DNA of 64,000 nucleotides from Candidatus Eiseniibacteriota bacterium (GCA_963703225.1 OY969801.1:1408001-1472000), one strand, 5' to 3'. Shown: positions 9,660-22,115, numbered from the stretch's first letter. The notes: generated by a model not told the origin, from the letters alone. Made by a program: numbers and translations.

Positions 9660-11973
9660 GTGATGAAGGCGGAGCTTGGAGCCCAGTTCCGTATCGCCGG
9701 CCTCGTTCGAAGCCCCGACCGGGAGGGTGCTCTTGCGCACTTCGACCCGGAGCGGGGCTTCGCGCTGACCGCCCGCGGCTCGATGGGTCTGACCGACCTC
9801 ATCGACCCGACGATCTGGGTGAGGGAGAAGATCGCGCTCGCTCTGAGCGCACCGGGCGACCCAGAGGATTCGCCCCTGCGCCGCGTCATCGGCGCGCTTC
9901 GGGCTCTCCACGGCGAGTTGATGGCGAGGCCGGAGAAGGACCGCGCGTGGGTCTCGGTCTTGGTGCTCATCCTCCGCGGGGAAGATGCGGTCGCCGTGAG
10001 TGCGGGAGACTGTCCCTGTTTTCGCTTCCGAAGCGGGCTTCTCTCGAGGCTCGGGCGTGTGGAGGGAGACGTCGGCCCGCACACGCCCCGCGGCGCGCTC
10101 GGTTCCGAGCCCCAGGTCCGGATCGAGATCATGCCGCTGAGACCTCCTCCCGGTGACCTCTACGTGCTCTCCACGCGCCCGCTCCGCGATGGGGAGTTGG
10201 CCGTCCTCGCGCGCGATTTGAGCGTGGCCAAGGACGGCGTCCAACTCCTGCGCGCGGGCGTCGAGGGCGCTTCGGATCGGGGCCGGGTTGCGATCCGCGT
10301 GTTGGAGCCCAGCGATTCGGATGAGCTCGCCTCGCTCGCCGAGTCGCTTCGGCCGACGGCGTCGGCCCAGGCGGCGGTTCCGATTGAAGAGAGCGCCGCG
10401 GAAGTGGAGTGGGTTCCCAGGTCGAGAGAGAACGCCGCCACGCTGCTGATCGAGTCGCTCGGGCCGAGGGAGGAATGATTCGCTGTGGCCGAGGGAGAAT
10501 GATTCGGTCCAGATCTTGGACGAGGACCTTCTCGTCGACGAGCCTCCGCCCTCTTCCGCCGAGGAGGAGGAGACGTTTGGCGAGACCGGCGGGTTCTACG
10601 ACGCCGACCTCCCCGCGGCCAGCCCCGAGTCGCATCCGCTCGATTCGGGGCCAGCCTTTCGGCCTTCGACGCCGGTCGCCGTGCCGGCGTCCCGCTCCGT
10701 TCCGGCCCGAATGGCCCCGCCGCCGGTCGAGGAAGAGGCCGTCGATCGGCAACCCGCGTTGGATGCGTGGACCGAGGAGACGGATCTCGGCTCCGAATCG
10801 CCAAGCGACCAACCGATCGCATCGCGACCCCGCCGACTGGCCAGCGTCGGGGACGAAAGGCCCTGGTACGAACCGCTCGCACTTTGGGGAGGCGGCGCGC
10901 TCGCGATGGTCGCGCTCGCGCTGCTCGTAAGATCGCTCGCGCCCGGAATCCTGGGATCGGCCAAGAGTCGCGTTCCCACCCCGCACGCCGTCGCCGGGTC
11001 CGCGGGCCTCGCGGACATCTTCTCGGAGCCTCCCGGAGCGACGGTTCGCGTCGACGGCGTCGCGCTCGAGGGAAAGACACCGCTCGTGGGCGTCTCGCTC
11101 GACGCGGGGCTCCACCGCATGGAGCTCGATTGGGGGCCGTGGGGGGTTTGGCGCGATACCCTCGAGGTCGCGGCGGGCACCCGCATGACCGTCCACCCGG
11201 CGCTCTATGGAAAGGCCGCCTTCCGCTCGTCGGACCCGACGCGGGCGCTCGACGTCTACCTGGACGGGGTCTATGCAGGCACGACCCCGTTGTCGCTGGA
11301 TCAGGTCGTCGTCGGTCGCCATCTGGTGCGGTTCGGCGGACCGGGCCTCACGATGAGCGCGCAGGAGATCGAGGTTCTGCGCGATAGGCCGGTCGATCTG
11401 GTCGGCAATGCGGGGCCGATCCCCGGGAACGGCAAGTTGACCGTCCGGACCGCGGTGCTGGGGGACATGGGATTCGAGTCAGGCAAGGGCGATCCCTACT
11501 GGGTGGATGGCGTGGCGCGCGGGGTCACCCCGGCCACGTTCGAGCTCAGGCCGGGGACCCACAGCGTGCGCGTGGCACGACGCGGCTTCCCTCCGCAGAT
11601 CACGGTCCTCGACATCAAGTCGGGGACGGAACAATTCGTGACGGCGGAATTCGGGGCGCAATCCGAAGAGCCGCTCCGACTCGATCCGCCCGAGGCGGTC
11701 TATCTCTCCAATCCGATTCCGCTCACGATCGCGCTGCCGCTGTCGGAATGGGATCCGTCCATGTCCCTTTGGCTCTACGCGGCATCGCCCTCCGGATCGT
11801 TCCAGGCAAAGCGAATGACCCGGCTCGAGGAGGGAACGCGGACCTTCGCGGCCCTCTTGCCTCCCGAAGTTCTCCGCGGCAGCGCGCGGCAAGTCCGCTT
11901 CTACTTCAAGGCGACCGGCACCGGCGGGCGCGAGATCTTCTCCGAGATCTACACGGTTCCCGTCCGAGACTAA
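9660..11973 (+). CDS. Membrane protein: degenerate PP2C-like domain, acidic linker, TM helix, PEGA repeats; one frameshift near 10472
   Basis: AVSAGDCPCFRFR..RGALG..GDLYVLST (PP2C-like), TM LWGGGALAMVALALLV, and about three PEGA repeats (SEPPGATVRVDG..GKTP, VYLDGVYAGTTP, WVDGVARGVTP). Removing one G at ~10472 joins the two ORFs. Confidence 0.7.
10462..10506 (+). repeat. Short direct repeat encoding PRENDS twice
   Basis: GGCCGAGGGAG(G)AATGATTCG at 10462-10482 and 10487-10506. The extra G in copy 1 is the frameshift. Confidence 0.75.
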
Positions 11974-12027
11974 CGCGGCGTCCCCCGCCGCCTCGATCAC
12001 TCCACATCCCCGGCCGAAAGACGCCCC

Positions 12028-14553
12028 GTGCGTCCAGCCTGGCCCCGGATCATCATCCCGGTTCCCGTCGCGATCTGGATCGCGCTCGGGGCGGGCCATG
12101 TGGCGAGCGCCGCCGCGCCCGTTCCCGCTCTTCTAGAGCGAGGAGCCCGGTCCTTTGCGTTGGGGCTCGGCGCTCTGTCCCTGTCGTTGTTCGCGCTCGC
12201 GCGGCGGTCCCCGGGATCCGAGGTGGGGCGCACCGGCTGGCGGCGAACCGCGGACCGGGCCGAGCCGCTCGCGGGGATCCTCGCCCTCGCCGCGGCCGGG
12301 ATCGCGTTGGGCGCGGAGGCCGATCGCGCCGCGCGTCCGCTCCCGGTCCATCCGGAAGAAGTCGCCGTGATCGTGGAAGGGAAGGTCCTCGATACGACGG
12401 CGATCGACGCGGATCCAGGCGCCGTGCTCCTGGAAGCCCGGCGTCTGCGGGTGGGAGAGATGGAATCGTCCTGCCGCGCCAACCTTCTCCTCCGTTGGCG
12501 CGATGACGCGATTCCGCCGCGGTGGATTCTCCCCGGGCTGTGGCTCCGCCTTGGAGGTCGGTTCCGCCCTCCCGAAGACGCGAGGAACCCGGGCGGGAGC
12601 GCGCCGGGACGCTGGCTGGAGCGGATCGGCGTGGATGGAGTGGTCGCGGTCGACCCGCTCTCGGTGACCGCGCCGCCCGATCCGCCGGAAAGGGGAGCCT
12701 CGTTTGGGGCTGCACCTCGAGATCGAATCGCTCGGAGCCTCGCCGCATCGCTGAGCGCGCCGGTGGCGGCGCTGGCGAGGGGAATGCTGCTCGGAGATCG
12801 CTCGGGGATCGATCCCGTCGTCCAACGCTCCTTCCGGGCCGGCGGAACGATCCACATACTCTCGATCTCGGGGCTCCACGTCTGCATCGTCGCCGGATTC
12901 CTCTCGCTCCTGGCGTCCGCGCTGCGCCTCCCGCTCGCCCCGGCGATCGCGCTGGAGCTGGCGGCGCTCTGGGGCTACGTCTCCCTCGTCGGCGCGCCCG
13001 CCTCCGCGGTGCGGTCCGCAATCTTGTGGACCTCGCTGCGAAGCGGTCGAGCGCTCGGCCAGGTGGTGCGCCCCTTCACCGCCTGGGGACTCGCGGGACT
13101 GACTCTCCACCTGCTCGATCCCTCGTCGGTATCGGATCCCGGGTTTCAACTCTCCTTCCTGGCCGTTTTGGGCCTGGGCGCTTCGGGGCCGCTTTCGAAT
13201 CTGGCGGGTCGGCGACCGGGCTCCACGGGGGTCTGGCGACCGCGGATTCGGAAATGGGGAACCGTGGTCTGGTCGCTCTTCGTCCAAAGCGCCGCCGCCA
13301 CGGCGGGGACCACCGGACTCCAATCGCGCCTCTTCGGCGCCATCCCCGTGGTCGGGCTGCTGCTCAACCTCGCGGTCATTCCCCTCTGCACGCTCTTCAT
13401 GGCGGAGGCGATCCTCTTTCTGGCGATCGCCTCGTTCGGAATTCCATCTCTGGCCGGCGCGGCGTCGGGCGCGGTGGACGCATCGGGCCTTCTGCTCCTC
13501 GGGCTGAACGCCCGTGGAGCGGAGCTGCTGCCACCCTGGATCATTCGTCAGCTCGCGGCTCCCGCCGCGCTCATCGGGATCGCGGTCGCGCTCCTTGCAG
13601 CGTGGGGACGCGCCGAGGCGGCCCGGTGTGGGCAGGCTACGCGCCCCTCCGCCGCGCGATGGTCCATCGCGACGCTTCTCCTGGCCGCGGCCGTACCGCT
13701 GGCGGGATCACCGCCTTCTTCGGCGGGAGCGGTCATCCTCTCGCTCGACGTCGGGCAAGGGGACGCCACGTGGATCGGGCTGCCTGGAGGAGGGTCAATC
13801 TTGACGGATGCGGGTCCGGCGGACGATCGACACGACGCGGGGGAGCGCGAGATCGAGCCGGCGCTTCGCGCCGAGGGGCGAGGGCGAATCCCCCTCGCGA
13901 TCCTCTCCCACGCGCACGTCGATCACTACGGCGGATTCGCCTGGCTCGCGCGGCGCGGCTGGATCGCCCAGATCGTCGAGAACGGGAGCGATCCATCCGG
14001 CGCGTGGCGCCGTGCGATCCGGGGTCCACTCGCGCGCGAGGGGGGAAGGATGTTGGCGGTGGCGCGGGACACGTCATGGGTAGCTCCCCTCGGCGCGGCT
14101 CTCACGATCCTTCGAGGGCTGGAGCGGGGGGCCGAGAACGATCGATCGATATCGGGACTGATCCACGCGGGCGGTGCGTCCCTCCTCTTCTCGGGCGATC
14201 TCGAGACGGCGGGCGAAGGCGCTGTCCTCCCTCGATTGACACCGATCGACGTGCTCAAGGCGCCGCACCACGGGAGCAAAACGTCGAGCGGCTCGGAGTG
14301 GGTGGATCGGCTCCGGCCCAGGGTTGTGCTGATCTCGTGTGGGGAGGGGAACCGGTTCGGGCACCCCGACTCTGGTGTCCTGGATCGATACCGCCGCGCG
14401 GGCGCGACCGTCTGGCGCACGGACCAGGAGGGCGCGATCCGGGTGACCCTCGGCCCGCGAGGAGCGTGGATCTCCACACGGCGCCATCCCGCGCCCGTCC
14501 TTGTCACCTGGGACCGGGACGGCACGGTAACTCCTTCGACCCATATCCCTTGA
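12028..14553 (+). CDS. comEC: DNA uptake channel ComEC/Rec2
   Basis: OB-like region, HILSISGLHV competence domain, GFQLSF, and a C-terminal MBL domain (LDVGQGDA, SHAHVDHYGG, KAPHHGS). Confidence 0.92.
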   Translation: MRPAWPRIIIPVPVAIWIALGAGHVASAAAPVPALLERGARSFALGLGALSLSLFALARRSPGSEVGRTGWRRTADRAEPLAGILALAAAGIALGAEADRAARPLPVHPEEVAVIVEGKVLDTTAIDADPGAVLLEARRLRVGEMESSCRANLLLRWRDDAIPPRWILPGLWLRLGGRFRPPEDARNPGGSAPGRWLERIGVDGVVAVDPLSVTAPPDPPERGASFGAAPRDRIARSLAASLSAPVAALARGMLLGDRSGIDPVVQRSFRAGGTIHILSISGLHVCIVAGFLSLLASALRLPLAPAIALELAALWGYVSLVGAPASAVRSAILWTSLRSGRALGQVVRPFTAWGLAGLTLHLLDPSSVSDPGFQLSFLAVLGLGASGPLSNLAGRRPGSTGVWRPRIRKWGTVVWSLFVQSAAATAGTTGLQSRLFGAIPVVGLLLNLAVIPLCTLFMAEAILFLAIASFGIPSLAGAASGAVDASGLLLLGLNARGAELLPPWIIRQLAAPAALIGIAVALLAAWGRAEAARCGQATRPSAARWSIATLLLAAAVPLAGSPPSSAGAVILSLDVGQGDATWIGLPGGGSILTDAGPADDRHDAGEREIEPALRAEGRGRIPLAILSHAHVDHYGGFAWLARRGWIAQIVENGSDPSGAWRRAIRGPLAREGGRMLAVARDTSWVAPLGAALTILRGLERGAENDRSISGLIHAGGASLLFSGDLETAGEGAVLPRLTPIDVLKAPHHGSKTSSGSEWVDRLRPRVVLISCGEGNRFGHPDSGVLDRYRRAGATVWRTDQEGAIRVTLGPRGAWISTRRHPAPVLVTWDRDGTVTPSTHIP

Positions 14554-14584
14554 GCGGACGGCCGCGGGATGATATAGATTGTGG

Positions 14585-15169
14585 ATGAAGCCCATGCGGC
14601 TGCTCCTCCTCGCCTCCGGCCGGGGGAGCCACGTCGCCAATCTGATTGACGCGACGCGGGATGGGCGGCTTTCGGGATCGGTCGTGCGGGTCGTCGCGGA
14701 CGCGCCGGACGCGCCGGCGCTGGATCGGGCGCGGGAGCGAGGCGTCCCCACCGAGGTTCTCGAGCCGGCTCAAGCAGGCGCGCGGCTCGCGCCCCAGGCG
14801 GAAGAGCGGCTGCTCGAGATCATTCGGGAAGACCGGCCGGATCTCATCGCGCTGTGCGGGTTCATGCGCCTCCTCAGGGCTTCGGCCCTCGGGCGAATCG
14901 ACGTGCCGATCCTCAATGTCCACCCTTCGCTTCTTCCCCAATTCCGCGGGCTGAACGCGCAGCGGCAGGCGATCGAGGCCGGGGTGGCCGAGACCGGCGC
15001 GACGGTCCACCGAGTCGACCCCGGCATGGACACGGGGCCCGTCGTGCTGCAAGAGTCGCTCAAGATCCGCCCGGGCGAATCCGCGGAGGAGTTGGCGGAG
15101 CGCCTCTTGCCTCTGGAGTACCGGCTCTACGTGGAAGCGATTCGAAGAGTTCAACAGGAGAGGACATGA
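14585..15169 (+). CDS. purN: Phosphoribosylglycinamide formyltransferase
   Basis: LASGRGS, LCGFMRLL, NVHPSLLP, GATVH and DTGP. The start could instead be 14594. Confidence 0.93.
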   Translation: MKPMRLLLLASGRGSHVANLIDATRDGRLSGSVVRVVADAPDAPALDRARERGVPTEVLEPAQAGARLAPQAEERLLEIIREDRPDLIALCGFMRLLRASALGRIDVPILNVHPSLLPQFRGLNAQRQAIEAGVAETGATVHRVDPGMDTGPVVLQESLKIRPGESAEELAERLLPLEYRLYVEAIRRVQQERT

Positions 15170-16068
15170 AGACAGCCGAGCGAGCGCTGCGCGACGTGGT
15201 CGTGCCGGGACGGACGCCCGACTACAAGGGAAAGGTGCGAGACCTCTACATCCTGGGAGACCTGCTTCTGATCGTCGCGACCGACCGCGTCTCCGCGTAC
15301 GACGTGATCCTGGGCGAGGGAGTCCCGGGCAAGGGTCGCGTGCTCACCCAGATCTCGCGCTTCTGGTTCGAGCGACTCCGCGACATCGCGCCGAGCCACT
15401 ACATCACCACCGACGTGGCGAGGTTTCCGCAGCCGTTCGCGTCCCATCGCGCGCTCCTCGACGGACGCTCCATGCTCGCCCACCGCGCCAAGCGCTACGA
15501 CGTCGAGTGCGTCGTGCGCGGGTACCTGGCCGGCTCAGGGTGGAAGGAATATCAGGCTTCCGGCACCGTTTGCGGTGTGGCGCTCCCGAAGGGACTCAAG
15601 CTCTCGTCCAAGCTCCCGGAGCCGATCTTCACGCCGGCGACCAAGGCGTCCGAGGGGCATGACGAGAACATCGACTTCGGTCGGATGAGCGGGATCGTGG
15701 GGCGAGAGGTGGCCGAGCAGCTTCGGGCGCAGAGCCTCGCGATCTACAGGGCTGCCGCCGCGCACGCCGAGTCGCGCGGGCTCATCCTGGCCGACACCAA
15801 GTTCGAGTTCGGCGAGCGGGACGGCGGGATCGTCTGGATCGACGAGGCGCTCTCGCCCGATTCGTCTCGCTACTGGGCCATCGACACCTACAAGGAGGGC
15901 GTGGCCCAGGACAGCTTCGACAAGCAGGTGATTCGCGATTACCTCGACTCCATTGGCTGGGACCGGAACCCGCCGCCTCCGCGCCTACCGGAGGATGTGG
16001 TGGACAAGACGGCCCGCCGCTACGAAGAGGCCCTCTCGCGAATCACGGGGGCCGGCGCGGCGAAGTGA
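15166..16068 (+). CDS. purC: SAICAR synthase
   Basis: YKGKVRDLY, ECVVRGYLAGSGW, ADTKFEFG and PDSSRYW. ATGA overlap with purN. Confidence 0.95.
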   Translation: MKTAERALRDVVVPGRTPDYKGKVRDLYILGDLLLIVATDRVSAYDVILGEGVPGKGRVLTQISRFWFERLRDIAPSHYITTDVARFPQPFASHRALLDGRSMLAHRAKRYDVECVVRGYLAGSGWKEYQASGTVCGVALPKGLKLSSKLPEPIFTPATKASEGHDENIDFGRMSGIVGREVAEQLRAQSLAIYRAAAAHAESRGLILADTKFEFGERDGGIVWIDEALSPDSSRYWAIDTYKEGVAQDSFDKQVIRDYLDSIGWDRNPPPPRLPEDVVDKTARRYEEALSRITGAGAAK

Positions 16069-17696
16069 CCCCCATCCCGATCGGTCGGGCGCTCCTTTCG
16101 GTATCGGACAAGACCGGCCTGGTCGAGTTTGGAAACGGCCTGGCGCGGCACGGCGTCAAGATTCTCTCGACCGGAGGGACCGCGGTCGCGCTCCGCGAGG
16201 CGGGCATCTCGGTCCGGGACGTGGCCGAGGTGACCGGCTACCCCGAGCTGTTCGGCGGCAGGATCAAGACCCTGCACCCCGCCGTTCACGGCGGGATCCT
16301 CTTTCGCCGCGGCGACCATCACGATGAGGACGAGCGCCACAAGCACGGCATCGTCTCCATCGATCTGGTCGCGGTGAATCTCTACCCGTTCGAGCGGACC
16401 GTGGCCGATCCGGCCGTGGCGCTGGGCAATGCGCTCGAGCAAATCGATATCGGCGGTCCCGCGCTGATCCGGGCCGCGGCCAAGAACCACCCTCACGTTG
16501 TCGTGGTCGTCGATCCCGATCAGTACGACGAAATCTTGATCGCACTCGATCGCTTCGGTGGCGTGCCCGCGGAAACGGCGCGGACCTTCGCCCGACGGGC
16601 GTTCGAGCGGACATCGGCCTACGACGCCGGGATCGCGCGATTTCTCACCGCGCGGGAGGGACCCGAGCAGCCGTCGACGAGCGCGCCCACCGGCGTGCCG
16701 GGCGCCATCGCCGCCGCGAGCGGAAGCGGCCCGGAGGCGACGGGGGCGCTCCCGCTCTCGATCGAGATCGGCTATCGACTGAGGCGCCGGCTCCGCTACG
16801 GCGAGAACCCGGGGCAAGAAGGGGCGCTCTACGCGCCGGCCACCGGCGGCGAATTGGAAGCCCTGACCCAGCGGCACGGAAGGGAGCTTTCGTACAACAA
16901 CCTCCTCGACGTGGAGGCGGCGCTGGCGCTCCTCCACGAGTTCTCGGAGCCGGCGGCGGTGGTGGTCAAGCACCGAAGCCCCTCCGGAGCGGCGGTCTCC
17001 CGGACGGTGACCGAAGCGCTCGCCCTCGCGCGGGACGGAGATCCTCTCTCGGCTTTTGGGGGGATCCTCGGTCTCAATCGGCCCCTCGACGAGGCGGCGC
17101 TCGACGCGGTCGGCGGATTCTTCTTCGAGGTGATCGTCGCTCCCTCCGTGACCGCCAAACCGGAGAAGCTGGACGCGCTTCGAAAGAACCTGGTGATTCT
17201 GGAAATGCCCGATCTCGCGAGGGGGGCGGCCGGTGCGTGGAGTGGCCGGTCCCTTCTCGGCGGGTTGCTCGTGGAGACGCTCCCGGGCCCTCCACGCTTC
17301 GAGGAGTGGAAAGCGGTGACCAAGGCGGAGCCGACGGCGGCCCAGCTGGCGGACCTGCGCTTTGGATGGCGCGTCGCGCGCCACACGATCTCGAACGCGA
17401 TCGTCGTCTCGCGCGGGGGGCGGACGCTGGGCATCGGAGCAGGCCAGTCCTCCCGCGTCGATTCCGTGCGGCTGGCCCTGATGAAGGCGGAGCGGTCGGG
17501 CCACGACGTGCGCGGCGCCGCGCTCTGCTCCGACGCCTTCTTTCCGTTTCCCGATTCGGTCGAGATCGCGGCCCAAGCGGGCATCAGCGCGATCGCCCAC
17601 CCCGGCGGCTCGATCCGGGACGCGGAGTCGGTCGCCGCCGCCGACCGCGCGGGGATCGCCATGGTTCAGACCGGCGAACGGTGCTTCCTCCATTGA
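16065..17696 (+). CDS. purH: Bifunctional AICAR transformylase/IMP cyclohydrolase
   Basis: [35 protein letters not shown] and SDAFFPF. Confidence 0.95.
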   Translation: MTPIPIGRALLSVSDKTGLVEFGNGLARHGVKILSTGGTAVALREAGISVRDVAEVTGYPELFGGRIKTLHPAVHGGILFRRGDHHDEDERHKHGIVSIDLVAVNLYPFERTVADPAVALGNALEQIDIGGPALIRAAAKNHPHVVVVVDPDQYDEILIALDRFGGVPAETARTFARRAFERTSAYDAGIARFLTAREGPEQPSTSAPTGVPGAIAAASGSGPEATGALPLSIEIGYRLRRRLRYGENPGQEGALYAPATGGELEALTQRHGRELSYNNLLDVEAALALLHEFSEPAAVVVKHRSPSGAAVSRTVTEALALARDGDPLSAFGGILGLNRPLDEAALDAVGGFFFEVIVAPSVTAKPEKLDALRKNLVILEMPDLARGAAGAWSGRSLLGGLLVETLPGPPRFEEWKAVTKAEPTAAQLADLRFGWRVARHTISNAIVVSRGGRTLGIGAGQSSRVDSVRLALMKAERSGHDVRGAALCSDAFFPFPDSVEIAAQAGISAIAHPGGSIRDAESVAAADRAGIAMVQTGERCFLH

Positions 17697-19233
17697 GCCA
17701 CGAGCGACTTCTCATCCTCGACTTTGGGTCTCAGTTCACCCAGCTGATCGCCCGGCGCGCGAGGGAGATGGGGATCTACTCGGAGATCCACGCCCCGGCC
17801 GTCGACGCCGGGGAGCTGAATCGGCTCGATCCGAAGGCGATTGTGCTCTCGGGCGGGCCGGCGAGCGTCTTGGAACCGGGCGCTCCCCAGATCGCGCGCG
17901 GCCGTGCTCGAGAGGCGCGCGCCGATCCTCGGGGTCTGCTACGGAATGCAGCTCCTCGCGCACGATCTCGGCGGCAAGGTTCTGCCGAGCCATCGGCGGG
18001 AGTACGGCGAGGCGACCCTCAGGGTAACCCGCGAGGGAACGCTCCTCGCCGGGCTCCCCAAGGAGAGCCGCGTCTGGGCGAGCCACGGCGATTTCGTCGA
18101 ATCGCTTCCTCCAGGGTTCTCCCTCCTCGGCACGAGCGGCGACGGCCTCCTGGCCGCGGCCGAGGATCCGGCCCGGAAGATCTACGCCGTGCAATTCCAC
18201 CCCGAGGTGGCGCACACGGAGCAGGGCACGCGCATCCTGCGCAATTTCCTCTTCAACATCTCGGGATTCTCGGGTGATTGGACCGCGGGGAGGATCCTCG
18301 AGGAGCAGACCGCGAAGATCCGAGCCCAGGTCGGGCCGCCGCCGGGTGATCTGCGGATTGAGCGGCGGCGTCGACTCCTCCGTCGTCGCGGCGCTTCTTC
18401 ACCGCGCGGTTCCGGGTCAGATGCACGCCGTCTTCGTGGATCACGGGCTATTGCGCCGGAACGAGGCGGCCCAGGTCCGGGAGTCGATGCGCGCGGTGAT
18501 CGGGGACTCGCTGATCTCGATCGACGCCCAGGAGCGGTTCCTCGGGGAGCTTCGGGGCGTGGAGGATCCTGAGGCGAAGCGGAAGATCATCGGCCGGGTC
18601 TTCATCGAGGTGTTCGAGGAAGCGGCGAAGGACCTGGGCGGGGCCGACCTACTCGCCCAGGGGACCCTCTACCCGGACGTCATCGAAAGCACGTCGACCC
18701 GGGGGCCGTCCGCCAAGATCAAGTCCCACCACAACGTGGGCGGGCTTCCCGAGCGAATGAAGATGGAACTGGTGGAGCCCCTTCGGGAGTTATTCAAGGA
18801 TGAGGTTCGGAGCCTCGGCGCCCTCCTGGGACTGCCCCCGGAGGTCCTGGGGAGGCACCCCTTCCCGGGGCCTGGAATGGCGGTCCGGATCCTGGGCCCT
18901 GTGACCAAGGAAGCGGTGGAGACCCTGGGCCTTGCGGACGATATCTTCCTGACCGAGCTTCGTCAGGCGGGGCTGTACGATCAGGTCTGGCAGGCCTTCG
19001 CGGTGCTCCTCCCGGTCCGGACGGTGGGGGTGATGGGGGACGGGCGGACCTACGATCAGGTGGTGGCGCTCCGGGCGGTGACGTCGAGCGACGGGATGAC
19101 CGCCGACTGGGCGCGGCTGCCGAGCCAGTTCTTGGCGCGGGTCTCCTCGCGGATCGTCAATGAGGTGAAGGGGGTCAACCGCGTGGTGTACGACATCAGC
19201 ACCAAACCGCCGGCCACGATCGAGTGGGAATGA
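17693..19233 (+). CDS. guaA: GMP synthase (glutamine-hydrolysing); frameshifts near 17895 and 18335
   Basis: [44 protein letters not shown] and KPPATIEWE. Confidence 0.93.
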
Positions 19234-19276
19234 GCTGCTTCGCATCCAAGCGCCTTTGGGGCGCGGGAGGTGTTGG

Positions 19277-22115
19277 TTGAGTTCTGATCGAATCCGCGGC
19301 GTTGGAGCGCTCGGCGCGCGACTCGTGCTGGTGGCCCTCGCCTGGCTTGCAACCGCGCCGCCCGACGCGCGCGCCGCGGCCCCGTCTCCCAAGCTCCTCG
19401 CGGAAATGGCGCCCGCCGCCCGCGCGCAGGCGATCCGCGCCTACACCGCGGCCAGGGATCGGCTGCGCGGAAGCTGGGTCGACAAGATCTATCCGCAGTT
19501 CGCGCTCGACATGGCCAAGTACCCGCGGCAGGGCGTGGCCCACCGGAACCTGCTCGTCGTCCTCTGCAAGTTCCCCTCGGAGGGCTCGGCGCCAGCCCAG
19601 GGGCCGGCGAGCGTGAGCACGCCGTTCTACGTCTACAGGCACTTCTTCAGCGACGATCCCAACGACGGGATCATCAGCCTGCGCGAGTACTACCGCACCA
19701 ATTCCCGCGGCCGGCTGGTGATCTCCGGCCAGGTCACGTCCAAGTGGCTGGACATGCCGCACTCGTACGACTACTACACGGATGGGACGGCTGGGCTGTT
19801 TGGAATCTATCCGAACTCGTCCCAGAAGCTGGCCGAAGACGCGATGGCCGCGGCTTTTCAAGATTTCGGCGGCGATCTGAGCTACTTCGACAACGACGGG
19901 CCGGACGGAATCCCGTCGAGCGGCGACGACGACGGCTACATCGACGCGGTGACCGTGCTCGTACCCGGCGCAGGAGGCGAGACGCAGTGCTTGGATCCAT
20001 TCGCTTGCAATCGCCTTTGGGCGCATGAATCGGGGATCGCGCTCTATTCGAATTGCCCCGGCTTGAACGGCGGCCCGGGGTGCCTTCCCGGAATCTACTT
20101 TGGGTCGGTGCGCGGCTTTCTCTATTCGCTGGGCAGCGAGTACAACGAGTTCCCGGGTGACAACGCGGTCGGGACGTGGTTCCACGAGTTCAGCCACACG
20201 CTGGGCCTCCCCGATCTCTACGACGTCGCCGGGGGCAACGGGCTCGGCTTCTTCTCGCTCATGGCTCTGGGCAACTACCTTCCGTTCGACGGGGATCCGA
20301 ACACCGCGGGAGGGCACCTCGGTTCCAACCCGGGGAATCTGGACGCCTGGTGCCGCCAGTTCCTGGGATTCGACGATCCCGTGCCGATCACCGCGGGAGG
20401 GCACTACACCCTGCCGCCTGTGACCCGGAACGGGGGATCGCGCCGCGTCTGGTCGAACGGGGAATCGGGAACCGAGTACTACATCGTCGAGAACCGGATC
20501 CGGGAGGGGTCGGACCGGTTCATCCCGGGCGAGGGGATGCTCGTCTACCACATCGACGACACGAAGGTGGACAACATCAACGGATATCCGAACTACAGGG
20601 CCGCGATCGTCCAGGCGGACAGCGTGAATCCGCTCCAGCTCGAGTTCGGGACGAGCCGCGGCGACCCGCGCGACTTCTTTCCCGGCGCCCTGCTCAAGCG
20701 GAGCCTGACCGACGCGACCCAGCCCGACAGCCGCTCCTGGGCCGGGCTCGACACCGGGATCCGGATCTGGAACATCGCCGGGAAAGCGGACGGCGCCGAC
20801 ACCGCCTCGTTCGATCTTCGGATTTCCGTGCAGCCTGAGCTGCGGCTGTCGGGCTACACGATCGATGACGGCGGGCGGCGACGGCTACGCCGACCCCAAT
20901 GAGACGGATCGGCTGACGATGTCGGTGCTGAATATCGGGCTACAGTCGGCGCTGGTCCACCTCACCTTGAGCACGAGCGATCCAGCGGTCACGATCAACC
21001 AGGCGCTTGTGAGCGGCGGGACTATCGCAACGGGCGGGACGCTCACGCTTCCTCTTCCGTTCATCTTCGACATCGGGGCGATCGCGACGCTCCCGCACGA
21101 CATTCCCTTCACGGTCAACTGGACCGAGGATTCGGGCGGCTCCGGATCGTTCGACTTCACGGTGACCGCGGGGATGGCCTCCGGGCTCTTTGAGGACTTT
21201 GAATCGGGCGCGGAGCCCGGGCTCTTCTGGAGCACGGTGTCGCTGCCCGGCAGCGCCGCCAACGAATGGCACGCCTCGAGCGTTCGCGCTCGGGGCACGG
21301 AGAGCGCCAAGCTGGGCTCGACGCTCCCGCTCGGCGGCGGCACCAACGAATCCCAGACCTACGCGTCGTTCGAGGATGCCGCGCTCGTTTCGCCGGCCTT
21401 CGATTTGCCGCCCGGCTCGGAGCTGGTCTTCTATTCCTACATCGACGCGGAGCTTCAGAGCGGGGCCTATAGCTTCGACGGCGGCCGGGTCGAGATCTCG
21501 ATCGCCGGGGGGGAGTGGACCCCGCTGGCCGTCGACGGCGGATACGGGACCCAGATGAAGTTCGACTCCGCGGCGAACCTCCGCGGGGCCGACGTCTTCT
21601 CCGGCTCGCCGCAGTCGTGGCGCCACGTGACGTGCGATCTCTCCGCCTACTCCGGGGCCGCCCGGATCCGGTTCCGGTTCGCGAGCGATGACGGGAACGC
21701 CCCGTTCGATGGAGTCGGACGCCAGGTTCGCTACTTCGAGGGTTGGTACGTGGACGACGTGACCATTCAGGCGCGGACGGCCACGGGCCCGACGCCGCGC
21801 CCGCTCTCGTTTCGGGCGGGGCCGACCCCCTACCGCGTCGGCGGTCCTTCTTCGGGATCGATCGTCTTTCGCTTCAGCGCTCCCGATGGCCTTCCGCATC
21901 CCGAGCTGACGCCCGACGTGCGCATCTTCGACGTCTCGGGGCGATTGATCCGGTCGCTCAAGGCATCCCCCGGCAACGCGCTCACGCCGGGAGAGTTCCG
22001 CGCGACCTGGGACGCCCGTAACAATCAGAACCAGACGTGCCGATCGGGAATCTACTTCGCGCAGGTCGACATCCAGGGCCACACCCAAAGCCTCCGCTTG
22101 GTCCTCGTCCACTAG
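19277..22115 (+). CDS. M6 (immune inhibitor A-like) metalloprotease with a C-terminal FlgD-Ig/T9SS-CTD-like domain; frameshift near 20872
   Basis: Signal peptide, HEFSHTLGLPDLYD zinc motif, SLMALG Met-turn, jelly-roll domain (IRFRFASD..GWYVDDV), and tail VRIFDVSGRLIRSL..WDARN..SGIYF..LVLVH. Confidence 0.85.

Noticed and set aside
16650..16750. Ala/Pro/Gly-rich insertion in PurH as an intein or extra domain
   Set aside because: It is only about 30 aa of low-complexity sequence at the interdomain linker, with no intein termini.
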